A DNA stretch of 64,000 bases from assembly GCA_964617825.1 (NCBI GenBank), contig CAZTWL010000009.1, positions 11,011 through 75,010 of the forward strand. Reading direction: 5' to 3'. Positions 47,935-56,556 of the stretch are shown here, in pieces; positions within the stretch are counted from its first letter, which is position 1, and every line of letters begins with the position of its first letter. Source of the stretch: an uncultured Verrucomicrobiota bacterium. GTDB lineage: Bacteria > Verrucomicrobiota > Kiritimatiellia > JAAZAB01. Made by a program: the position numbers and the translations under genes. A model generated the notes under the pieces. It worked only from the letters and a program-made list of their open reading frames with translations. It did no database searches and was not told the DNA's origin.

Positions 47935-49047
47935 TTATTTTCCGATCAGGGGCGCCGCTTGCTTTTTCCTGCTCGCTCCGATGGCGCTGGCGGCGATTAT
48001 GGCATTCAGTACTTTTTCCGGGGTAATCTGGCCGGCTTCATGATGGATACCTTCCGCAGGCATGCAGGATTTTTGGGCAACTTTCATCAATTTTTCGTGG
48101 CTGAGCTCATGCAGGCCGATATCGGCCAAAGTGGTCGGCAAGCCGATTTTTTCGCAAAACGTGAAAACCGTGTCCGATTCTTCCGCCGCCGCCCCGGTAA
48201 GCTGAAGCCCGGCTAAAACGCCAAAAGCCACTTTTTCTCCATGGTAGAAAGCATGGGTTTCCTCCAAGGCGGTAAAGCCATTGTGAATGGAATGGGCGGC
48301 GGCCAGCCCGGAACTTTCAAATCCGATTCCACTCAAAAGAATATTAGCTTCGACAATTCTTTCCAAGGCCGGCGTGACGACATGCTGCTCACAGGCGATT
48401 TTTGCAGCGATTCCGTCATTTAAAAGCGTTGTATAGCAAAGCTCGGCCAGGTGCAGCCCCGCCATGGTACTGAGCCCTCCGCACTCATTTTTCGATTGCG
48501 TCCGCTCGCAGGATCGAGCCTCAAACATGGTTGCCAGCGCATCGCCCATCCCGGACACCAGAAAACGCGTCGGCGCCGCTGCAATGATTCCCACATCGAC
48601 AAGCACCGCCGCCGGATTAGCTTTTTGATAGGAGACCGATTCGAAAACGCCTTCGGCGGAATACAGTACCGCGCAGCCGCTGCAGGGCGCATCCGTCGAG
48701 GCAATCGTGGGGATAACAATCACGGGGATACCGGCCCGGTCGGCGGCGATTTTCGCCGTATCAATCGTCTTGCCGCCCCCCATTCCAACCAAAACATCCA
48801 CTTTCCCGGCTTTGATCACCGCCGCCAGGCGAGCCAGTTCCTTTTCGCAGCACTCACCTCGAAATTGCTCGACGAGAATCGAGCGCGCCTTCAAATCGAG
48901 CCCGCATTCGGGAATGATTTTCTTGTTCACCGAGGGCGAAGCCAGGATCAATCCCCGCTTGCCGAAAAGTTCGATCAACTCGGGCAACGCGCTTAACGCG
49001 CCGACACCTTGAATATATTTTCCCGGAAATACAGCTTTGTTAAACAT
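47935..49047 (-). CDS. gldA: glycerol dehydrogenase (iron-containing alcohol dehydrogenase family)
   Basis: GGGKTIDTAK NAD motif. Metal ligands are D and HxxxH. ATG 49047 with an AAGGA upstream. Confidence 0.85.
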   Translation of the reverse strand: MFNKAVFPGKYIQGVGALSALPELIELFGKRGLILASPSVNKKIIPECGLDLKARSILVEQFRGECCEKELARLAAVIKAGKVDVLVGMGGGKTIDTAKIAADRAGIPVIVIPTIASTDAPCSGCAVLYSAEGVFESVSYQKANPAAVLVDVGIIAAAPTRFLVSGMGDALATMFEARSCERTQSKNECGGLSTMAGLHLAELCYTTLLNDGIAAKIACEQHVVTPALERIVEANILLSGIGFESSGLAAAHSIHNGFTALEETHAFYHGEKVAFGVLAGLQLTGAAAEESDTVFTFCEKIGLPTTLADIGLHELSHEKLMKVAQKSCMPAEGIHHEAGQITPEKVLNAIIAASAIGASRKKQAAPLIGK

Positions 49048-49274
49048 ATTCCAATCCTTCAAACTTTGGTTTCAAGACGAGTTATCCCCACACACCACAG
49101 GAATCAACCGCCACTGGATGCGAATCAACGCTAATAAAGCAGAATCATGCTTTGTTTAAAAGCATACTATTTTGACGATATTAGCGTCAAATTGCGTTCA
49201 TGCGCGCTTAAAATTTCTCGCGGATGGTTTTTCCCGTCCTGTCGCCGACAGCAGCCCATTTCGCCCAGATTGCC

Positions 49275-50222
49275 TCAGGGCCCTTGGCTGAAGCGTGCCA
49301 CGGGCATGTGGCAGTAGGGAAGCTTACCCGAACGCCGGTAATAGTCCCTGTGGTCCGGCTCCGCGGGCCAGAAGGTTGCCAAGGGCGTCAGGCGGGTGAC
49401 CACCGGCCAGCCTTTTTTTTGCAGTTCGCCGATCAATTTGGCGGCAACTTCATTTTGTTCCGCATTAACGTAAAAAATCTCCGAGCGGTACTGGTCGCCA
49501 GTGTCCGGACCTTGCCTGTTCAGCTGGGTGGGGTCATGGATTTCAAAAAAAAGACGCGCCAGCTTTTCAAAAGAAGTCTGGAGCGGATCATAGAAAACTT
49601 CCACGGCCTCGGCATGACCGGTTGTGTGCGTACAGACCTGCGCATACGTGGGATTGGGCTGCTTGCCACCGGTATAACCGACAATGGTCTGGACCACTCC
49701 GGTCGCCTGCTGCAGGAAATATTCCACGCCCCAGAAGCAGCCGCCGGCAAACACGGCCCGCTCAAAATGCTTGCTAGTCTCGGCCTGCGGCACAAAAGCC
49801 ATGGAGACCGAATTGACACAATGCCTGGTATTGCGCGGCGTTTTGCGTTCGCCGGTGAACACGTGCCCCAGGTGGGCGCCGCAGTGGGCGCAAAGAATCT
49901 CGGTGCGGCTTCCATCGGGATCCGCCTGGCGTCTAACGGCGCCCGGGATCTCGGCATCGAAACTGGGCCAGCCGCAGTGCGCCTCGAATTTGTCCGCGGA
50001 CCTGTATAATGCCGCCCCACAACGGCGGCAGACAAAGGTCCCCTCCTCATCGAATTTATTGAACCGCCCGCTGAAGGGAGGCTCCGTGCCCTTATTAACG
50101 ATAACCCGCTCCTCAGCCGGCGTGAGCGTTTGCCATCCTTTCATTGCGTCGCCCTCCTGGCCACAGACGGATTGCAGCAGAATCGTAAACAACAGCAACG
50201 CCTGCATCCGGAACCGCCGCAT
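49275..50222 (-). CDS. secreted bifunctional peptide methionine sulfoxide reductase MsrB-MsrA
   Basis: Signal peptide. MsrB motifs CxxC...HLGHVF come first, followed by the MsrA motif GGCFWG. Confidence 0.85.
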   Translation of the reverse strand: MRRFRMQALLLFTILLQSVCGQEGDAMKGWQTLTPAEERVIVNKGTEPPFSGRFNKFDEEGTFVCRRCGAALYRSADKFEAHCGWPSFDAEIPGAVRRQADPDGSRTEILCAHCGAHLGHVFTGERKTPRNTRHCVNSVSMAFVPQAETSKHFERAVFAGGCFWGVEYFLQQATGVVQTIVGYTGGKQPNPTYAQVCTHTTGHAEAVEVFYDPLQTSFEKLARLFFEIHDPTQLNRQGPDTGDQYRSEIFYVNAEQNEVAAKLIGELQKKGWPVVTRLTPLATFWPAEPDHRDYYRRSGKLPYCHMPVARFSQGP

Positions 50223-50354
50223 AATGCGTCCCCTCCTTCATCACGGGCTTTTTCCGGCGCCAAACGCCATACGGGAAGCATATCCGGCTCTGCCGACATC
50301 ACGCAGCCGCTGGCCTGCTTCTGTCGATCGTGACTTGAGCTCAGCCGTCTTTCT

Positions 50355-50909
50355 TTAGAACTTTACCGTTGGCGCGGACTTGGCGCCTTCAGCCGATTCA
50401 AAGTAAGTCCGGGTGCCAAACTTAAAGTAGTCAGCGACAAGGCTTTTGGGAAATGTGCGCACGGCCAGGTTGTAGTTCTTCACCGCCTCGTTATAACGCT
50501 GGCGTTCGGTTGATATCCGGTTCTCGGTTCCGGCCAATTCATCCTGCAAGGCTATAAAATTCTTGTCGGCCTTGAGCGCGGGATAGCTTTCCACCACCAC
50601 CATCAGGCGACTGAGTGCGCCTTCCAGCTGCGAACCAGCCTGGACCTTGTCGGACTGCGTTTTTGAGTCGGCCCACGCAGTACGATACTTGGCAATGTTT
50701 TCGAAAAGCTCCTTCTCGTGGGCGGCATAACCCTTGACCGTGTTGACGAGGTTTGGAATCAGGTCGAAGCGGCGCTGCAGAACCGTTTCCACCTGCGCCC
50801 AGGCCGTGTTGAGATTCTCGTCCGCGCGTACCAGTCCGTTGCGTACGCCGATGACGTAAAGAGCAAGCAGTACAATGACAACGGCAAGAATCAATATCGT
50901 TTTTTTCAT
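50355..50909 (-). CDS. lemA: LemA-family membrane protein
   Basis: An N-terminal TM helix followed by the conserved LemA helical domain. It is adjacent to a TPM-domain gene, as in the usual lemA-ygcG pair. Confidence 0.85.
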   Translation of the reverse strand: MKKTILILAVVIVLLALYVIGVRNGLVRADENLNTAWAQVETVLQRRFDLIPNLVNTVKGYAAHEKELFENIAKYRTAWADSKTQSDKVQAGSQLEGALSRLMVVVESYPALKADKNFIALQDELAGTENRISTERQRYNEAVKNYNLAVRTFPKSLVADYFKFGTRTYFESAEGAKSAPTVKF

Positions 50910-50956
50910 CAGGCAATTCCCTTTCAGTCAGAGTTCACACAGACTTAGCGCCAAAT

Positions 50957-51769
50957 CTACCAGCCGCGACTTGCTCCGCCGCCGCCGGACCGCCCGCCGC
51001 CAAATCCCCCGTTGCCGGCCGAGCCGCTCCCGCCCGGGGATGACAACCCGCCGGAGGCCCCCCCGCTGCTTCCGCGCCAGTGTCCCGCTTTCTTGCCCTT
51101 TTTGGCCAAAATGATGACAATGACAACCAGGCAAATGAAAATGCCAAGCGTGATAAAGCCCCCGATCAAATTCGACGGGGGCACGGAAGGACTACCCGCT
51201 GCCGCCAGGGCATTGGATATGGCCAACCCATCCGTTGCGATATTGGTCAAGGCCACCTTGTTTTCGATTGCGATCAAGGCCGCCAGCGCCGCGGCGGCGT
51301 TATACAGGCCGTCTCCGTAACGTCCTTCCTTGAAGGCCGGCACCATCTGTTCATCCATGATCCGGCCGGCCTTGGCATCGTTGATTGCGCCTTCGAGCCC
51401 ATAGCCGACCTCGATGCGTATTTTCCTGTCGTCGATCGAAGCCAGGACCATGACGCCGTTATCCCGCCCTTTTTCGCCCAGCGCCCATTTTGCAAACAGC
51501 TTTCCGGTAAAATCATCCACGTTACCGCCATCCATGGATTTGACCGTGACCACTGCAATGGCCGCCATGGTCTTCTGCCGGACCTCGGCGACAAGGTTGG
51601 AAATCCGCAGAAGGTCGGCCGGTGCGATCACCCTGGCATAGTCGTTCACCAACCCATTGGGATCCAGTTTGGCCAGCAGGTCATCGGTTGCCGTGCCGCA
51701 AGCCGCAAAGGGGAAAACGATTGCCGTGATGATGGCAAGCAGGCTGTTTTTGAAAAAGCCGATGTTCAT
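50957..51769 (-). CDS. TPM-domain (YgcG/TLP18.3-like) protein with a C-terminal TM helix and Gly-rich tail
   Basis: TPM phosphatase-fold motifs (VVTV, VLASIDDRKIRIEVGYGLEG). ATG 51769. Confidence 0.75.
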   Translation of the reverse strand: MNIGFFKNSLLAIITAIVFPFAACGTATDDLLAKLDPNGLVNDYARVIAPADLLRISNLVAEVRQKTMAAIAVVTVKSMDGGNVDDFTGKLFAKWALGEKGRDNGVMVLASIDDRKIRIEVGYGLEGAINDAKAGRIMDEQMVPAFKEGRYGDGLYNAAAALAALIAIENKVALTNIATDGLAISNALAAAGSPSVPPSNLIGGFITLGIFICLVVIVIILAKKGKKAGHWRGSSGGASGGLSSPGGSGSAGNGGFGGGRSGGGGASRGW

Positions 51770-52012
51770 GGTGGCAATCTGGCAAAAGGGGTTCCGGATG
51801 TCAAGAACGAAGGCGCGGGAATGGCGACTAAGTACGCGCAAGATTTTCTCGCACAACGCCGCATGAATCACGTAGCTTCTATCCGTTGCGGGCCAGTGCA
51901 TTTCTTTCTGATCGACCAAAGCGCTCGCTTTGAATATACTTTCTTAATCAAGAGCGAAGATTACCGGCTCTGATGCGCGGCTAGCGTCACGGCAAATCAT
52001 TATTAAGAATCG

Positions 52013-53269
52013 ATGATGAGCAGAAAAGCAATCAAAACATCGACACCCCACGCCGACCGGATCCTCCAAGGTCTGCGCCGCTCCTGCCTATGCCGACTGG
52101 CCGCATTCCTCATACCCATGGCTCTCTTTTGCACCTCCGGACAAAGCGCAATTGCGACAGCGGAAGCGGCCGATGAAATCGCCGGCGAGTTGTTGCCCTC
52201 TGACAATTACAAGCATGCGGAGTGTTGGCTTAAACACATGAGCGGCTATGCCGGCCCATTTACGGGCGCCAATCCGTCAACCTCGAAAATCTGCGACGCC
52301 ATCCGCGCTCTGTCCGCCCAGTACAAAGTACCGATCGAAATTATCGGCGCCGTTTGTTTCCAGGAAAGCAGTCTATACCAGTACGGCGCAGATGGGTTTA
52401 TTGTCCATAATCTGGGCGAATGCATATCGTTGTATTATGGCGCCTCTGGCGGTCCGCCGGGACTGGGACTCATGCAGCTGACCGGGACAACGGCCACCAG
52501 CACATTCGATGTGAATCGGCTTATTACGGACTGGCGTTATAACCTGGAAGCGGGGGTCTACGTGTTAAGACATGAATATGACACCTCTTTGGCTTACTAC
52601 CCGCCGGAGATGCAAACCATAACGATTGCAAATTGGAATGTGCTGGAGAATTGGCGTTACGCACTGGCGCGTTACAATAGCTACCAAGATCCGGAGAACC
52701 CCTACGTAGCCGCCGTGTGCAGGCATATCGCCTCCCCTCCCGCGCAACTATCGGGCCTTTTTACCGGAGCGACACTGACCGAGCCGCAAGACGTCATACC
52801 GGAGTTCATCTATGGGAATGGTTATGCCGTCAAGCCTGAGGGCGTCTGGCTATATGCTAATGGCATTGCGTATTACGGGACCGCGCATACCGGAACGATT
52901 GCCGCCAATCCGACAATCAAAGCCAATGGCGTGGAAGGCCAAATTGCCGTCAATTATCCCGCCCCGCTATCCATCACCGTGGCAATGAATGCCGGCGATT
53001 ATGCCGGCCTGAAGGGCGACTGGTGGGTCGTCGCTTGTGCCGGATATACATGGTATTACATGGATGGCGTGAACGGGTGGACGCAGGAGGGCGCTTGGCG
53101 TCCGGCATTCCAAGGCGGATTTTGCAATCTACCCACCACGGAAGTGCTGAACGTATCTAATTTGGGAAAAGGTTCGTATACCTTCTATTTTGCGGTTGAT
53201 TTTATTATGGATGGCATTTTGAACATGGATGCAATTTTATTTAATTCGGTGAATGTCATCGTGCAGTAA
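52013..53269 (+). CDS. secreted lytic-transglycosylase (SLT) domain protein with a C-terminal domain shared with the protease paralog at 14497
   Basis: SLT motifs FQESSLYQY and GLMQL. The last ~108 aa (YPAPLSITVAMNAGDYAG..DWWVV...VIVQ) match the C-terminus of the 14497..15927 protein. Confidence 0.7.
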   Translation: MMSRKAIKTSTPHADRILQGLRRSCLCRLAAFLIPMALFCTSGQSAIATAEAADEIAGELLPSDNYKHAECWLKHMSGYAGPFTGANPSTSKICDAIRALSAQYKVPIEIIGAVCFQESSLYQYGADGFIVHNLGECISLYYGASGGPPGLGLMQLTGTTATSTFDVNRLITDWRYNLEAGVYVLRHEYDTSLAYYPPEMQTITIANWNVLENWRYALARYNSYQDPENPYVAAVCRHIASPPAQLSGLFTGATLTEPQDVIPEFIYGNGYAVKPEGVWLYANGIAYYGTAHTGTIAANPTIKANGVEGQIAVNYPAPLSITVAMNAGDYAGLKGDWWVVACAGYTWYYMDGVNGWTQEGAWRPAFQGGFCNLPTTEVLNVSNLGKGSYTFYFAVDFIMDGILNMDAILFNSVNVIVQ

Positions 53270-53547
53270 GATCGCATGCATCACGCCGGGCCACCGCCAA
53301 AAGGCCAAGACACCATACGCTGGACCTGAGATGAAGTCTGACGGCAGACGGCGGATCGGATCGAGGTGTATATGGAGTGAAAGCCAGTAAAACTCTCTGG
53401 GCTACAGCGAGCGAGACCAAGGCTTAGTCCGTTACGGCCACACACAAGCCTTATTCTTTATTCGAAGGGCTAAGTCCCGTTCCCCACATGAAGAATTTGA
53501 ATGTTATTTCATGCCTTGAACTAATGCGCAAATTAACGGGAGACAAC

Positions 53548-55998
53548 ATGATGACTAGGCTGATGTCAGGGTTTGTGTTGGCAAGTATAATGGTTTTATG
53601 CATTCCGGCCAGAGGTTTTGATGTGGTCAAAGACGGCAGTCCGCAATGTTCCATCGTGCTGTCGCCCAGAGCCAGCCCAAGCGAGAGGCTTGCGGCCGAG
53701 GAGTTGGCGGCCTATGTGAAAAAGATGTCCGGGGCAACGTTGCCGGCGATGGCCGAAAACACGAAAAACGGCATTATCATCGGTACGCTGGGAAGTCTGA
53801 CGAATATTCCTGTAACAGCCAGGGAACGGCTGAAAGCCTGCAATTCCGACGAGGCCTTCTATATCCGGAGCGAGGGCGATAATCTCTTTATCATCGGCAA
53901 GCAACCGATCGGCGCTTTGTATGGCACGTATACCTTGCTGGAGGACTATATGGGCGTACGCTGGTTTTATCCGGGCGAATTGGGGGAATACTGCCCTGCG
54001 ATAAAAACGATGGCATTGCCGATAATCGATGATTTCCAAAAACCCGCCATGGCCACCCGGACAGGGCTCCCCAATGCACCCTACGATAGCGCAATCTGGT
54101 GTGCCCGGCAGAAAATTCAACTGATGAATGTCGTTCCCACCTCAAAATGGTTTGATGGAAAAGCCTGCGCGAAAGAGCGGTCTGAGTTTCTTAATCAAGC
54201 GCTCAACACGCATGCCATGCAGGGAGGACATCCGACTTTCATAATGGCCGTGCCCGACGCGTTGTTTAAGGAGCATCCCGAATATTTCGTGCTGAGAGAC
54301 GGCGAACGCAAGCTCGGCGGACACGCAGGGGGTTTCCAACGGTGCGTATCCAATCCTGACGTGTTCAAGCTGGTGGCCGAGTACATTCTGAAATGGTGCA
54401 ATGAAAACCCGGACAACGTATTTTTAATTTGTTCCGCCGACAATAAGGATGGATGGTGCCAGTGCGAGGAATGCAAAAAAATGGGGACGGTTGACGGAAC
54501 ATACAAGAACACCAACCTGTTTCACCGATTTTTTTCCAATGTCCTTGGCTATGTTCTGGAACGCAATCCCGATGCGCGGGTTGATGTCAGGTTCTATGTC
54601 GACCGGGGCATCGCCCCCGATGACAAGACCATCCAGTACAGGGGGAAAAATGTGCGCGGCGTTTATTGCACGTGTTGGCCACACACACGCTGCTATGCGC
54701 ATAATTTCACTGACCCGAACTGCGCGTTCAATAGAAAATGCCTGGAGGACTTGAAGGGTGTGCTGAAGATATGCCCTCGTATTTACACGTATGAATATAT
54801 CGAGACTTCCGATGTTCCCTACGCTCCCTTGGATAAAACCCTGGCGCAGGACATCAAGGACCTGGCAGCGATACAGGTCGAGGGGTTCATGAACTCTACG
54901 CATGCCCCGAACTCCAAGGCCGCCCACCGCCCCGCTGCGCCGTATGTTTGGCAAGCCCGATGGGCTTCAATTTATCTCACATCCAAACTGCATTGGAACA
55001 CCAAGCTGGATCCGGAAAAGATCATGGACGATGCCTACGATAAATATTACGGCAAGGCGGCGCCGGCTATGAAAAAGTACCAGGCGTTGCGCATGAAATT
55101 ATGGGAAAGCGCCCCCGGGCATGCCTTCTATGGCGGCCCAAAACGCACGGCCTATTGCCTGACGGTTCCAGGAGCGGAGGAGGAGCTGCGGTCGGATCTT
55201 GCCGCAGCCAAAAAGCTGGCTGGGGATGACATGCTGGTTCTTGCGCGTATCGATCTGGATGAGAAGTTCCTGAACATGTTCTGGAAGGCGCCCGCCGAGG
55301 AACTGAAGAAAAGGCATTCCGCGGAAATGCAGATTCTTCCCGAGCGCGTTCGCGGAGCCATCGTCATCGACGGCGATTTGTCGGAGGAAACCTGGCTGTC
55401 TGCCCGCCCGGTAACAGGGTTTCTTAAAGTGCATACCGACCAACCGCCCTCGGAGGACAGCAATTTCCGCGTGGCCTATGATGATGCCAACCTGTATATC
55501 GGCTTCGTGGCGATGAACAACAAGGCATGGAGCCCCGAGACCGCCAAGGCACAGAAGCGCGACGCCGGGGAACTGGGCCAGGATGACCACATCCAACTGC
55601 AGTTCGCCCCGCCCGACAACGGCGACCGTTTTTACCATATCATCCTCAACACCAAGGGCGTGCTCTATGACTCGACAATCGTTGGGCAGGACAGTGACCT
55701 GAGTTATGATTCTCAGGCCGAGGTCAAGGTCAAAAAGCTCGCTGACCGTTTCGTTTATGAGATCCGCCTGCCTTTGGCGCCGATGAAGGGAGATGTGTCG
55801 CCGGGAAAAGTCTGGGGAATGTATGCCTTTCGAAGAAGCAAGAACCTTCAGCCGCCCGAGGACAAGGAGGATAGTGCGCTGGACGGGATCACGCCTCACC
55901 GGGTGATGGAGTTCAGGCAGGCCGTTTTCGGCGAGAATGTTGTCAAAAACGGCAATTTTGCCGACCGCGACGAAAAAAAAAAGAAAACCGGGGAATAA
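53548..55998 (+). CDS. secreted DUF4838-like glycoside-hydrolase-family protein with a CBM9-like domain
   Basis: Signal peptide. The N-terminal layout is typical of DUF4838 hydrolases. A CBM9-like block ETWLSARPVTGF...YDDANLYIGF is present. ATG 53548. Confidence 0.7.
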   Translation: MMTRLMSGFVLASIMVLCIPARGFDVVKDGSPQCSIVLSPRASPSERLAAEELAAYVKKMSGATLPAMAENTKNGIIIGTLGSLTNIPVTARERLKACNSDEAFYIRSEGDNLFIIGKQPIGALYGTYTLLEDYMGVRWFYPGELGEYCPAIKTMALPIIDDFQKPAMATRTGLPNAPYDSAIWCARQKIQLMNVVPTSKWFDGKACAKERSEFLNQALNTHAMQGGHPTFIMAVPDALFKEHPEYFVLRDGERKLGGHAGGFQRCVSNPDVFKLVAEYILKWCNENPDNVFLICSADNKDGWCQCEECKKMGTVDGTYKNTNLFHRFFSNVLGYVLERNPDARVDVRFYVDRGIAPDDKTIQYRGKNVRGVYCTCWPHTRCYAHNFTDPNCAFNRKCLEDLKGVLKICPRIYTYEYIETSDVPYAPLDKTLAQDIKDLAAIQVEGFMNSTHAPNSKAAHRPAAPYVWQARWASIYLTSKLHWNTKLDPEKIMDDAYDKYYGKAAPAMKKYQALRMKLWESAPGHAFYGGPKRTAYCLTVPGAEEELRSDLAAAKKLAGDDMLVLARIDLDEKFLNMFWKAPAEELKKRHSAEMQILPERVRGAIVIDGDLSEETWLSARPVTGFLKVHTDQPPSEDSNFRVAYDDANLYIGFVAMNNKAWSPETAKAQKRDAGELGQDDHIQLQFAPPDNGDRFYHIILNTKGVLYDSTIVGQDSDLSYDSQAEVKVKKLADRFVYEIRLPLAPMKGDVSPGKVWGMYAFRRSKNLQPPEDKEDSALDGITPHRVMEFRQAVFGENVVKNGNFADRDEKKKKTGE

Positions 55999-56022
55999 CC
56001 AACGGCCCAGCCCTCCGGTATT
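55977..56022 (+). other. candidate -1 programmed frameshift cassette: in-phase slippery heptamer A_AAA_AAG (55977-55983) plus a downstream stem (ACCGGGG / CCCTCCGGT)
   Basis: The heptamer is identical to the E. coli dnaX site. It is phased with the 53548 reading frame, and the -1 frame stays open for 145 codons. The A-run 55973-55982 could alternatively reflect a homopolymer indel. Confidence 0.3.
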
Positions 56023-56048
56023 GGAACGTTAACGCGCAAGAATGTGAA

Positions 56049-56417
56049 GTGCTCGAAGAATGTTCTCAGCCTTCCCGGTTGAGGCTTAAGAACGGTTTGA
56101 TTTACACCTTTCTCAGCATTCCTGCAGAGAATCAAAGCCGGACATTAGTCGGCGAGATTCATGCCTCCGGTTCTGGTAAACTCTCGATCCGGATTAGCAG
56201 CTGCTTGAGGCCGCCCGACAGCAAGGAAAAGGCGTTTTCGCATTCAATTAAAAAAGAAATCGGCCCTTTTGTGCTGACCCCGGAACCATTGCGGCTAAAG
56301 TTCGCAGTCGATATCGACCCTTATGAACAGGGATACCTTTATGTTCGTGTAGACGGCGAGGCCTTCATCAACCACATCAGCGGAGTGCTCGTCGAAAAAC
56401 AAAAAAAACGGGTTTAA
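56049..56417 (+). CDS. open -1-frame continuation of the gene at 53548..55998 (beta-sandwich-like 122+ aa); it has no ribosome-binding site of its own
   Basis: The frame is continuous back through the A-run. Its only start is GTG, with no Shine-Dalgarno. The composition matches the upstream gene. Confidence 0.35.
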   Translation: MLEECSQPSRLRLKNGLIYTFLSIPAENQSRTLVGEIHASGSGKLSIRISSCLRPPDSKEKAFSHSIKKEIGPFVLTPEPLRLKFAVDIDPYEQGYLYVRVDGEAFINHISGVLVEKQKKRV

Positions 56418-56556
56418 AGAAAACAACAATTTGCCTGGACGTGAAGTCGCCTGTGCAAATCAAGATTTCTGATCGTTGCTTTCCCGTGTTGTGAAAATTG
56501 AGAAGACGTTGCGGTCCCCCACGCGAATAAATTGCTCTTTTTTCAAAAGAGCAAAC

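Noticed and set aside
53280-53547. Possible small RNA or tRNA-like structure in the 270-nt spacer before the DUF4838 gene
   Set aside because: Only short imperfect hairpins are present (AAGGCTT..AAGCCTT). There is no tRNA cloverleaf, no conserved T-loop and no recognisable ncRNA family motif. It most likely holds the promoter and leader.
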